DNA of 24,092 nucleotides from Bacteriovoracaceae bacterium (lineage in GTDB: Bacteria; Bdellovibrionota; Bacteriovoracia; Bacteriovoracales; Bacteriovoracaceae): assembly GCA_041586955.1 (NCBI GenBank), contig JBFGZE010000048.1, forward strand, positions 1 to 24,092. The letters run 5' to 3'. Below are positions 1 to 8,466 of the stretch, piece after piece. A model generated the notes under the pieces. It was given only the letters and a program-made list of their open reading frames with translations. It did no database searches and was not told the DNA's origin. The translations under genes were made by a program, and so were the position numbers. Within the stretch, counting starts at the first letter, position 1. Each line of letters begins with the position of its first letter.

Positions 1-890
1 AGTCCTAAAATTTGACCGCGACGAACATGACTCCCCTTTTTAACCGAAGGGCCAAACCCTCCAAGGATTACCGAACGCATTTCACTCCCATGGTCAATCA
101 TTAAGACATTTCCGTAATTGGCCAAGCTTCCTTGATAGACGACTTTACCAGAGTCAGGAGCGTATATTTTACGTTTACCGGTAAAAAGAAAACTAACCCC
201 TTTCTTCCCGTATTCCACACTATTATTAACTCGAATAGGAGCTAAAAATCGTTTCCCTAAATACTTCTTGCGTGAGCTGCGCTTGATTTTCTTACGCGCT
301 AATTTAGAATTAAGCTTATCCCTTTTTTCTACAGATTTTAAATATTCAAGAGCGTTTTTCTTTTTTGCCTGCTCCAAATCGCTTAAGGTGCTCAGGATTT
401 CCCGTTCAAACTGCAGATAGTCAGCTAAACGTCCCTTTGAAACTTTTAAACTCTTCTCGAGGTTCCGCACTTTCCTTAGGCCCTTATTCACTTCCTTGAG
501 CTTTTGCTTAAGTCCTTGTAATAAAATTCGCTCTCCCAAGATCAATGCCGCGTCTTTATTGCCATGAAAACTATTCACCAAGTATTGGCCAATTTGCGTC
601 TGTAATCTTTTGCGTTGTTTTTGTAAATCCACACGAGATAAGCGTAGACCTACTTCTAATTGATCAAGCTCAATAGCAATAACTCTTTTTTTATCCAGGA
701 GTGATAGGTATTTCTTATTCTTATCATTAAGACTGGCCTCCAACTGCTCAATTTGCCGGGCCATAGAGATTATTTTGCGCTTTTCCTGCTTTAATTGTTG
801 AAGTAATGGTATCTTGTTGCCACTAGGATCACCTGGGATCGCGGCCCATAATTGTAAGGGTAAAAGGATAAGACATAATTTAATTAACAT
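1..890 (-). CDS. envC: Murein hydrolase activator EnvC-like protein (signal peptide, coiled coil, degenerate LytM/M23 domain); 3' end runs off the window
   Basis: Not in the ORF track. Manual translation from ATG at 890 gives MLIKLCLILLPLQLWAA, a long K/E/Q/L-rich coiled coil, then IYAPDSGKVVYQGSLANYGNVLMIDHGSEMRSVILGGFGPSVKKGSHVRRGQILG (LytM-like, no HxH). Lies directly downstream of ftsE/ftsX and overlaps the ftsX stop. Confidence 0.85.
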   Translation of the reverse strand, partial: MLIKLCLILLPLQLWAAIPGDPSGNKIPLLQQLKQEKRKIISMARQIEQLEASLNDKNKKYLSLLDKKRVIAIELDQLEVGLRLSRVDLQKQRKRLQTQIGQYLVNSFHGNKDAALILGERILLQGLKQKLKEVNKGLRKVRNLEKSLKVSKGRLADYLQFEREILSTLSDLEQAKKKNALEYLKSVEKRDKLNSKLARKKIKRSSRKKYLGKRFLAPIRVNNSVEYGKKGVSFLFTGKRKIYAPDSGKVVYQGSLANYGNVLMIDHGSEMRSVILGGFGPSVKKGSHVRRGQILG

Positions 891-1684
891 TCACTTGACC
901 AACGATGGCTTTTTTTCAATATAAGGAGCCCGATTATCATCATAATAGCTAAGGCAATCATAGGGATCCATGAGCTTTGCGGTAAAAAGAAGATCAGGGC
1001 GATTGTCGGTAGGGCCATCGTTAAGATAAAGCCCAGGTATGATTTGACCGCCACTTTTGTTTTACGCTGATAGGTCTCAATTAAATAACTAAACTCATTA
1101 AGCTTAGAGCAAAAAAACCAAGTAAAAGAGAGCCACAATAAAAAAAGTAGACCAATGAATGCCCACAAGCTCCAGGATCCGAGTTTTTCAAAGATTTGAA
1201 GGGGCCCTATTTTCCCCTCTTCCTCTGTTGCAACAGTTGCACCCAAGGTAATATTGCGATCACCTACTAAACGCTTTATATAATCACGAATCAAAGTCTG
1301 TGATTTTAATTTTAATTTATTTTTGAAAAGAACTTTAAGGCCGACAAAATTAAGGTCAATACCGGCGAGATCATTTTCCATATCGAGATTACCCAAAATA
1401 CCCTTTACTTTCGCCTGAAGGTCATTCTGCGATAAAATCGTCACCGTTTCGACTCCTGGTAAAGAAGTTACTTTACGCTTGATACGACTAAAATTTTCCT
1501 TTGAAGAAATAAGGGCGTGGAAAAACGGGCCATCATTACCCTTTTTTGCCACTTTTTTAAGATAGTCCTGTGAGGTTGGCAAAAGAAAGGTGCTCGTTAT
1601 CAACAAAAAGCTTGTGACAATAAAGCCCATCCCCATAATGGGTTTGGCCAAACAAGTAGAAATCATATTTTTTAAATAAAACAT
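884..1684 (-). CDS. ftsX: Divergent FtsX-like cell division permease
   Basis: One N-terminal TM, an extracytoplasmic domain (SLPGVETVTILSQNDL resembles the FtsX ECD) and three C-terminal TM segments; located between ftsE and envC. Sequence similarity is weak and the call leans on synteny. Confidence 0.65.
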   Translation of the reverse strand: MFYLKNMISTCLAKPIMGMGFIVTSFLLITSTFLLPTSQDYLKKVAKKGNDGPFFHALISSKENFSRIKRKVTSLPGVETVTILSQNDLQAKVKGILGNLDMENDLAGIDLNFVGLKVLFKNKLKLKSQTLIRDYIKRLVGDRNITLGATVATEEEGKIGPLQIFEKLGSWSLWAFIGLLFLLWLSFTWFFCSKLNEFSYLIETYQRKTKVAVKSYLGFILTMALPTIALIFFLPQSSWIPMIALAIMMIIGLLILKKSHRWSSEC

Positions 1685-2379
1685 GCATGCCCCGTATAGA
1701 CTAATTTTCCTTTATCCAAATGAATGATGCGACCTGAAAACTTGGAGACCAATTCCCTATTATGGGAGGCCCAAACCACAGTCAGCCCTCTTTTCACATT
1801 ATATAAATTTAAAATATCAAAAACTTTTTTGGCATTATCAAAATCTAAAGAACAAGTAGGCTCGTCAGCAAGGACGACGCTAGGACGTGACAATAAAGTA
1901 CGAGTGAAGGCCACTAATTGTTTGAGGCCTCCATTGGCCTTACTCATTTTTAAATCTAAGTGGCGGTCAATTCCCAAGAATTTAGTAATCTCTAATAATT
2001 CTCTTTGAAATTCACGTTTATTTTTAAAGATTTGAGGATCGTAACTAAATTGTAAATTCTGTTCAATGCTTAAATGCTCTATCAAGCGTAGGTCTTGGAA
2101 AATGCGACCCATAAATTCATCTTTCGTGAAATTATGATGCATGCGACCTTTGAAGTGATCAAACTCTCCTGCCATTAAGCGCAATAGAGTTGTTTTTCCA
2201 GCACCAGAAGGGCCTGTAATAAAAACAATTTCGCCACGAGTGATATTAAGATTAATATTCTTTAAAATTAAGGAATTCCCCAAGATCACATTGATATCTT
2301 GCAGATGGAGAATTGGAGGATTCCCGCCAATGAAAGTACTGTTTTCTTTATAAGTGGTCTCTTTTGATCCAAAAAACAT
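1672..2379 (-). CDS. ftsE: Cell division ABC ATPase FtsE-like
   Basis: Walker A GPSGAGKTT, Q-loop IFQDLRL, Walker B VVLADEPT, H-loop ASHN; precedes ftsX-envC; RBS GGAAGAGGAAG. Confidence 0.8.
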   Translation of the reverse strand: MFFGSKETTYKENSTFIGGNPPILHLQDINVILGNSLILKNINLNITRGEIVFITGPSGAGKTTLLRLMAGEFDHFKGRMHHNFTKDEFMGRIFQDLRLIEHLSIEQNLQFSYDPQIFKNKREFQRELLEITKFLGIDRHLDLKMSKANGGLKQLVAFTRTLLSRPSVVLADEPTCSLDFDNAKKVFDILNLYNVKRGLTVVWASHNRELVSKFSGRIIHLDKGKLVYTGHACFI

Positions 2380-2514
2380 GAGAACTTCCTCTTCCTAAGA
2401 AACACGTAGATCATCCTAATCTACTAAAAGGATTATGAAAATAACCCTCTTCTATTCTATCCCGAGTTGGCCAGAATACCAAAAAATTCTACGCCCGAGA
2501 AAATTATACCGGTA

Positions 2515-3951
2515 TTAATTGTCCACCACTCCCTCAGCGACCAGAATTTCGTAAGCAGATTGGGAACAATAAACATTAGGGATATAATTTTGGGTATTGT
2601 GAAGCCTTGAAATAATTGAGTTTTCAACTTCTGCAAGAAGTTTGATATCTCCATTTTCATAGCTGATTTTAACTGGGTCTCTTTCCAGGAGAACATTCGT
2701 CTCCTTGCCAGACTTAACGATTGAATTATGAGACTTGACAAAAATGATCTGCTTCTCGGGAAGATCCTCAATCATCCAGTCCTTTTCCCCACCTTTTTCC
2801 TCAAGTACCGCTGCTATCTCCTTGACTTTATTTGCCGCGCGCTTGAAATACTTTAAGTTCTTTTGATGATCATCTTGATTAATTAAACGCTGCTTAAACT
2901 CATCGCATATAACAGCAACGGCCCCAGTTTCAAAGAGTAAGGTTCGTGCCATCTCTTTAATCTTAGGAACTTTATCGAGATCCCCTTCGCTGAATAAAGT
3001 ACGCACGAGCCCCATGAAATAACCATCGTTAAACTGATAGAACTTAACGGGATCATTGACGATCATATCAAGTAAATCGCTATATTTAAAAATATGACCT
3101 TTTTCTAGCAGATAAAGACAAACTCTTTCTGCAATAGCATCATACTTTGCTCCTCGTGAAGAACGAATAACCTGAGAATACCAAGCGAATCGACTGGTTA
3201 AAAAATCTTCCACGCAATGAAGGGCATTATGCTTAACAGTTAAAATGTCGTGATTGCCAACACGCATAACTTTAAAGTGATGCAAAAGATAATCTCTATC
3301 GTAAGCACCATACTGAAGCCCTGTATAATGGGCATCCCGTAAAAGATAATCCATCCGGTCACAATCGATTTCACTATGAAGAATTTGATTGGCCAAAATA
3401 GAGGGGTCTACCCCCTTTACCAAATCAGAAATAGTCTGTGGGTCGTATCCATTCTCTTTAAGAATGTGAGTTATGCCACCGACATAATCAGTGTTCTTAA
3501 TGATAAAAGAACCAAGATTTTCATGGTCGTCTTTAAGGCCCTTACCACCCTTTTGTGATGTGGTTTCACCAAATTTAATATAAGCCTGCTCTGTAGTATG
3601 AGAAAAACAAAAAGTTCCAAGGTCATGTAACAAAGCACCCAAACGCAAAGACTGGTGGTAGATCTTTTCTTTACTCATGCAATTAGGATCCACTAAATCC
3701 TCATCGCTCACCGCTCGCTTACAAGATTTCAAAATCTCATGGGCATTATTCATCACTCCAATAGAGTGACCAAAGCGCGAATGCTCTGCACCAGGAAATA
3801 CATAAAAAGAAAACCCTAATTGATTGATCCAACGCAATCGCTGATAAAAGGCGGTATGAATGATTTCCCATTCAACAGGGGTCAAGGGAACAAATCCATA
3901 AATAGGATCGTAGATTATTCTCGTCTTATTATTCACATCATCCTTGAGCAA
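2515..3951 (-). CDS. HD-domain phosphohydrolase, SAMHD1/dNTP triphosphohydrolase-like family; true start may be GTG at 3936
   Basis: Motifs DPIYG, QRLRWINQLG, VFPGAEHSRFGHSIGV, ALLHDLG, FSH, HE, IDCDRMDYLLRD. AAGGA lies 4 nt before GTG 3936. Confidence 0.9.
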   Translation of the reverse strand: MLKDDVNNKTRIIYDPIYGFVPLTPVEWEIIHTAFYQRLRWINQLGFSFYVFPGAEHSRFGHSIGVMNNAHEILKSCKRAVSDEDLVDPNCMSKEKIYHQSLRLGALLHDLGTFCFSHTTEQAYIKFGETTSQKGGKGLKDDHENLGSFIIKNTDYVGGITHILKENGYDPQTISDLVKGVDPSILANQILHSEIDCDRMDYLLRDAHYTGLQYGAYDRDYLLHHFKVMRVGNHDILTVKHNALHCVEDFLTSRFAWYSQVIRSSRGAKYDAIAERVCLYLLEKGHIFKYSDLLDMIVNDPVKFYQFNDGYFMGLVRTLFSEGDLDKVPKIKEMARTLLFETGAVAVICDEFKQRLINQDDHQKNLKYFKRAANKVKEIAAVLEEKGGEKDWMIEDLPEKQIIFVKSHNSIVKSGKETNVLLERDPVKISYENGDIKLLAEVENSIISRLHNTQNYIPNVYCSQSAYEILVAEGVVDN

Positions 3952-3979
3952 AAGAAGGGGCCCACAACCTTAGACCCCT
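3950..3979 (-). terminator. Intrinsic terminator-like hairpin after the 64-aa gene
   Basis: Minus-strand RNA AGGGGUCUA-AGGUUG-UGGGCCCCU (9-bp stem with 2 GU pairs) followed by UCUUUU. Confidence 0.6.
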
Positions 3980-3989
3980 GGTATTGATA

Positions 3990-4184
3990 TTATTGTAGCT
4001 TAGTTGATTTTTTTCTTCTTTTTGGCTTCCTCAATAGATTATTATAGAGGTGATCCAAAACTAATTTAGCTTCTCTACGTAATCCATATTCATGGACAAA
4101 ACGGTAAAAATTTTCGACTTCATCTGTGTTTCTAAAGTTACGCAAACTTTTTGAAACTTCCGCACTTACTTCTTCCTTGGCCAT
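3990..4184 (-). CDS. Small hypothetical protein (64 aa, basic C-terminus)
   Basis: Strong RBS TAAGGAGA, helical-looking sequence ending RKPKRRKKSTKLQ, co-oriented with its neighbours and followed by a terminator-like hairpin. Confidence 0.75.
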   Translation of the reverse strand: MAKEEVSAEVSKSLRNFRNTDEVENFYRFVHEYGLRREAKLVLDHLYNNLLRKPKRRKKSTKLQ

Positions 4185-4204
4185 TGATATCTCCTTAGTA
4201 TTGT

Positions 4205-4276
4205 TAAGTTTAAAATTATCAGTTTAAAACTTCAAGTTTTCCCCCAAGAAAATTTATTTCCTGGGGAATTCAAACT
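4205..4276 (-). promoter_or_regulatory. Stem-loop plus palindrome and direct repeats between the bEBP homologue and the 64-aa gene
   Basis: Minus RNA UUCCCCAGGAAA-UAAAU-UUUCUUGGGGGA forms a 12-bp stem; palindrome AAAACTT-C-AAGTTTT at 4226-4240; AGTTTAAAA repeated with a 14-nt period. Confidence 0.45.
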
Positions 4277-4281
4277 TTTTC

Positions 4282-5829
4282 TTACTGCTCTTTAGGAGCA
4301 ATCATGCCATAACTATGAAGTTTGTTATAAAGAGTCTTAACAGTAATCCCCAATAATTTAGCTGTTTTAGTTTTATTGCCACTTAAATGCTCAAGAGTCA
4401 TACAAATATGCTTCTTCTCTAGATCGTCGAGGGTCATTTCGGTGAAAAGGTAAGCATTTTGATCTTCCACTTCTTCAATAACTTCACCGCTTGTGACACT
4501 GTCGGCGAGATGCTCTTTTTCAACGATCATACCATCAGAGAGAATATAAGCACGTTCCATCACATTTTGTAATTCTCGTACATTCCCAGGCCATGAATAA
4601 TCCAGTAAGATTTTAACAACGCAAGGAGACAATGACTTGTGAAGAGCAGGCCCTTTATCGTGATTCATAAAATAATTCGACAATTGCTCGATGTCCTCTT
4701 TTCTTTCCCTCATCGAAGGAACAGTTAATGACATGGTATTAAGAGTAAAGAACAAGTCTTCTCTAAAGGTCCCCTCTTTGACTCTTTCTGCTAAATCCAC
4801 AATTGTCGCAGCAAAAATTCTCACATCAGCTCGATAAGGAATTTGTCCACCCACGCGGAAGGCCAGCTTTTCTTTGAGAAACATTTGGACTTTAGATTGA
4901 ATACTTAAAGGCATCATTCCAATATTATTAATAAAAAGTGTACCACCGTGGCAAAGCTCAATCAGGCCATGCTTAATTTTACGGCCATTGAACTCACCTG
5001 ACTCCAAACCAAAAAGTTCTATTTCTAACTCTCTTTCACCTAGAGCGGAACAATCAACGGACAAGAAGGCGCCATCAGCTCTATTACTGCGACAATGGAT
5101 TCGCCGAGCAACCATTTCTTTACCGACACCCCGTTCACCTTGAAGGAGAGCGTTGACTTTTGCCTCGCCGACTTTGTCTGCTAAGTGAAGAACTCGTTTC
5201 ATCGCCGCGGAGTTACCGATAATGTCTTTTTCGACAATTTTAAAATTGGCGCCAAGGGTAATCCCCTTTTCCTTTTCCTTTAATTCTTTTTCTTTATTTT
5301 CGATTTTCTTTAATAATGATTCATTAAGATGTTTTGCTGCGAGATACATCTTCATATTAGTCAAAGGCTTTTTTAATTCATCAAGAATGCTCTCAACGAA
5401 GCTAATATCCTCACGGGAAAATTCTCTTTTTTCATGAATTGACCTTAGGTGAATGGTGGCGATTACGATTCCTTCAATGACAACGGGAATACATAATTCA
5501 GAACTGATACCTTCAATCGCCTCAGCTTCAAAAAGAGGGTCACGATCAATACTATTAGAGAAATAAGCTTTTTTGGTGCGAACCACATGCCCTGCTGGAC
5601 CTCGTCCTTTTTCTAGAATGGCAGCGCCCTCTACAACTTTTCCATTTTCTGAAACAATCTGAGTATCCAAGCCATGCTGAACCGAGCGAATAATTGTTTG
5701 GTCTAATTGAAGTTGAATGTGAAGGAATTTACCCAACTCATTAAAAAAAATACTCTCATCTAGAGTTGATAAAAGTATGGACGATACACGATTTATTTCT
5801 GGTAAATTTTTGGCCATTGAATTCGTCAT
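4282..5829 (-). CDS. GAF / sigma-54-interaction-like AAA+ / Fis-HTH transcriptional regulator with degenerate catalytic motifs
   Basis: GAF (GPAGHVVRT..SELCIPV), Walker A GERGVGKE, ELFG, GGTLF, WPGNVREL, HTH GNKTKTAKLLGITVKTLYNKL. Start moved from 5859 to ATG 5829 because of the AGGAG RBS. Confidence 0.9.
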   Translation of the reverse strand: MTNSMAKNLPEINRVSSILLSTLDESIFFNELGKFLHIQLQLDQTIIRSVQHGLDTQIVSENGKVVEGAAILEKGRGPAGHVVRTKKAYFSNSIDRDPLFEAEAIEGISSELCIPVVIEGIVIATIHLRSIHEKREFSREDISFVESILDELKKPLTNMKMYLAAKHLNESLLKKIENKEKELKEKEKGITLGANFKIVEKDIIGNSAAMKRVLHLADKVGEAKVNALLQGERGVGKEMVARRIHCRSNRADGAFLSVDCSALGERELEIELFGLESGEFNGRKIKHGLIELCHGGTLFINNIGMMPLSIQSKVQMFLKEKLAFRVGGQIPYRADVRIFAATIVDLAERVKEGTFREDLFFTLNTMSLTVPSMRERKEDIEQLSNYFMNHDKGPALHKSLSPCVVKILLDYSWPGNVRELQNVMERAYILSDGMIVEKEHLADSVTSGEVIEEVEDQNAYLFTEMTLDDLEKKHICMTLEHLSGNKTKTAKLLGITVKTLYNKLHSYGMIAPKEQ

Positions 5830-5973
5830 TGTCTTTCTCCTACACAAATTAAAGGTCATCGCTACTTAATGCGTTGCGTAATACTTAGACAAATAATACA
5901 CTGTGTCTGAAAAATTTACAAGACCAATTTACTCAAGATTACTATATTTTTGACAGTGTTTCGCTAAAAACAA

Positions 5974-7239
5974 CTACTTAGACCATCTAGGAGTTATACA
6001 ATTTCCAAAGCCCTCAGTAATTGGTCCAAAAATTTCGCCATCGCGATCCATTATGACCACTTTATTGACGGCCTTGCGGCGGCTAATGACTCTTTGCGAC
6101 GAGAATGCCACAAACTGACCATCATTTGAATAGGTCGGGTCTTCATTAGAACCATAATCCTTAGTCAAACGCACCAAGTTCATCCCATTAGCATCAATTC
6201 TAAAAATATCAAAGCGGTTATCCATCCATGAAGAGAAGGCAATCTCTCTGCCATCTGGAGAAAAACGAGGAGTGGCGTTAAATTGTCCAACATAACCAAT
6301 CCTCTTAACTGATCGCTCAATTCCAGAGGGGTCCATAATATAGATCATCGGTTTACCAGGGCGCCCTGATAAAAAAGTTATCACATTTCCCTGAACATTA
6401 ATGGAGGGATCGACATCTGGAGCGAAATGTTTTGTTAAACGAGTTAATTTTTTAGTCTCCAATTCCATTTTATAAAGTTCCGCATTCCCTTCATGGCTCA
6501 TGGTTAAAATAATTTCCTTATCCCCCGGAAAAAAAACAGCTCCAGTATTAAGGCCCCGCCGGGAAGATATGACTTGATGCTTTCCTGTCTCTAAATCCAA
6601 CATGTAAAGGTTAACATTCCTTTTATGCATGCTTGATCGAATTAAGCTATAAAGAACCTTCTTTTTATCATAGGAAAGGGCAGGACCGATCACTGTCCCT
6701 TTGTGAAAAGTTAATTGTTTTTTATTACCTCCATCATAGTCCATCGAATAAAGCTCTTTAACAAAGTGACTCCTTCTTGAGCCTTTATCCGAGACGAAAA
6801 TGATTTTACTATTAAAAATGGAGGACTTCCCTGTTAACTGACGATAGATATTGTCATTAATTTGATGAATTTTTTGTCGTAAATTCCCTACTGACAAAAA
6901 AGCATCGAATTTCGCTTTACTACCATTTCGATTTGATAAGGTAACGCTTAAACGGAGACCACCTTCATCAAAAAATTGAAAATTAACATGATGACCTTTT
7001 TGAACAGGAGACTTTCTCCCCTGCACCTTAAATAATTTTCTATAATAAGAGAAATCGTTCTGAAATACCTCGACAGCTATTTGTGCTTTTTTCTTATTAG
7101 ATTTAAGAGAGCGCAATCCTTTAACGGAGAAAAAGATTTCCTCTACTTCTTGCTCTGCCTGTCCAATTGCCACAATTTTTAAATTATCTTCAGCATGAAG
7201 AGAGGCCGTTAGAAATAATGTTAATAACAAAAACTTCAT
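5974..7239 (-). CDS. tolB: Tol-Pal beta-propeller protein TolB
   Basis: Signal peptide, LYSMDYDG and PD40 repeats (TPRFSPDGREIAF, DPTYSNDGQFVAF, TPRWS); last gene after tolQRA. Confidence 0.9.
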   Translation of the reverse strand: MKFLLLTLFLTASLHAEDNLKIVAIGQAEQEVEEIFFSVKGLRSLKSNKKKAQIAVEVFQNDFSYYRKLFKVQGRKSPVQKGHHVNFQFFDEGGLRLSVTLSNRNGSKAKFDAFLSVGNLRQKIHQINDNIYRQLTGKSSIFNSKIIFVSDKGSRRSHFVKELYSMDYDGGNKKQLTFHKGTVIGPALSYDKKKVLYSLIRSSMHKRNVNLYMLDLETGKHQVISSRRGLNTGAVFFPGDKEIILTMSHEGNAELYKMELETKKLTRLTKHFAPDVDPSINVQGNVITFLSGRPGKPMIYIMDPSGIERSVKRIGYVGQFNATPRFSPDGREIAFSSWMDNRFDIFRIDANGMNLVRLTKDYGSNEDPTYSNDGQFVAFSSQRVISRRKAVNKVVIMDRDGEIFGPITEGFGNCITPRWSK

Positions 7240-7249
7240 TGTTTATCCT

Positions 7250-8050
7250 TTATAAGGGAAATCCCAATACAATCTCACCATTTACTGCCGCATTCTGGGC
7301 CTTGGCCGGTACCATAGGCAACGTTCCCGCCATTTTTACGGCCTCAAGTGCTCGTTCATCAAATTCTTTCTCACCACTTGATTCAAATATAACGGCCTTT
7401 AAAATAGTCCCATTACTCTTAATAAAAATACGAATGCGACATTTTAAATCGGTCTTATTCATTAAATAAGTTGGTAATTTCCAAAAAGGGCGCACGATAT
7501 CAGGTATTTTACCGGCATAACTTTCAAGTACAGTCGTGTCGCGAAAGGAGCTGTCTCCTGTCAACGCTTCCCCTTTTGATAATTTATTGCCCGCCATAAC
7601 GAGATTCTCTAATTTTTTATTGAAAGCGGCATCACGTTTATTAACTTTTGAACTAGCTTTTGACTTTGCAATCTTGGTCTCTTCAGGGATTTTTAATTTC
7701 TTATCACCATATTTTTTAATAAGGTCGGAGAATTTTAATTTCTTCCCCTCTTTCAGGAAAGCATCCTTATCGTCAGTAGAAGCTTCTTGCTTGGGTTCTT
7801 CTTTAGCTGGCGTCTCTTTCACTGCAATTGGCGGCGGCGCTCCTCCCATTTTCTTCAATTCTTGGAGACTCATTTTAGGCATCGCCACCACATCAATACG
7901 AACCGCCTGACTAAGTGGGATAATCTGAAAATTCTTTTTCTTCTTATAATAATCTGTCTGGGAGAAGGCCAATAGCAGCAACAATGGGGTGATATGCAAC
8001 CCAATTGAAAACATAAATGCTGATTTCATATCCCTATTGTATAAACTCAT
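7250..8050 (-). CDS. tolA: TolA/TonB-family energy transducer
   Basis: N-terminal TM with S-x3-H (FSIGLH), Pro/Lys/Glu-rich linker and C-terminal TolA/TonB_C domain (SSGEKEFDERALEAVK); ATGA overlap with tolR. Confidence 0.8.
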   Translation of the reverse strand: MSLYNRDMKSAFMFSIGLHITPLLLLLAFSQTDYYKKKKNFQIIPLSQAVRIDVVAMPKMSLQELKKMGGAPPPIAVKETPAKEEPKQEASTDDKDAFLKEGKKLKFSDLIKKYGDKKLKIPEETKIAKSKASSKVNKRDAAFNKKLENLVMAGNKLSKGEALTGDSSFRDTTVLESYAGKIPDIVRPFWKLPTYLMNKTDLKCRIRIFIKSNGTILKAVIFESSGEKEFDERALEAVKMAGTLPMVPAKAQNAAVNGEIVLGFPL

Positions 8051-8457
8051 TTTTCCAATTCTGTCACAAGGGCGATATTCGTCACCCCTCCCCTTTTAAG
8101 AAAGGAAATAACTTTCGCTACTTTCCCATAAGACAACCCATAATCGGCGCGAAAATAAATCACATTGGTTTTAGTTGCCTGTAATTCTCTTTTTAGATTT
8201 ACTAATAATTCATCAAACGAATATTTTTCCTTACCAATGAAGTACTCTTCCGCCTGACTCATGGACAGGACTACTTGCTGGGTGGTTAACGTCAAGCGAT
8301 TCACCTCTTTTGTTTTGGGTAGGTTCAATTTAATACCATTAAGCATTAAAGGCGCCGTAATCATAAAAATAACCAATAATACCAACATAACATCCACTAA
8401 AGGAGTCACGTTGATCTCAGACATTTTCCCTTTTTTACCTGAACCACCCATTCCCAT
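8047..8457 (-). CDS. tolR: TolR/ExbD stator subunit
   Basis: EINVTPLVDVMLVLLVIFMITAP with the conserved TM Asp; RADYGLSYG..G.TNIALVT. Confidence 0.92.
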   Translation of the reverse strand: MGMGGSGKKGKMSEINVTPLVDVMLVLLVIFMITAPLMLNGIKLNLPKTKEVNRLTLTTQQVVLSMSQAEEYFIGKEKYSFDELLVNLKRELQATKTNVIYFRADYGLSYGKVAKVISFLKRGGVTNIALVTELEK

Positions 8458-8466
8458 ACTTTACCT

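Noticed and set aside
1..890. Missing Zn ligands in the LytM domain as a novelty
   Set aside because: A degenerate LytM domain is the established state of EnvC.
2515..4184. HD hydrolase plus small protein as an anti-phage or toxin-antitoxin module
   Set aside because: Embedded in core division and envelope genes with no mobility or defence-island context.
5860..5973. AGACA-N12-TGTCT and ACACTGT/ACAGTGT inverted repeats, and a possible sigma-54 promoter upstream of the bEBP homologue
   Set aside because: The repeats are short enough to arise by chance, and no TGGCAC-N5-TTGC pattern was seen.
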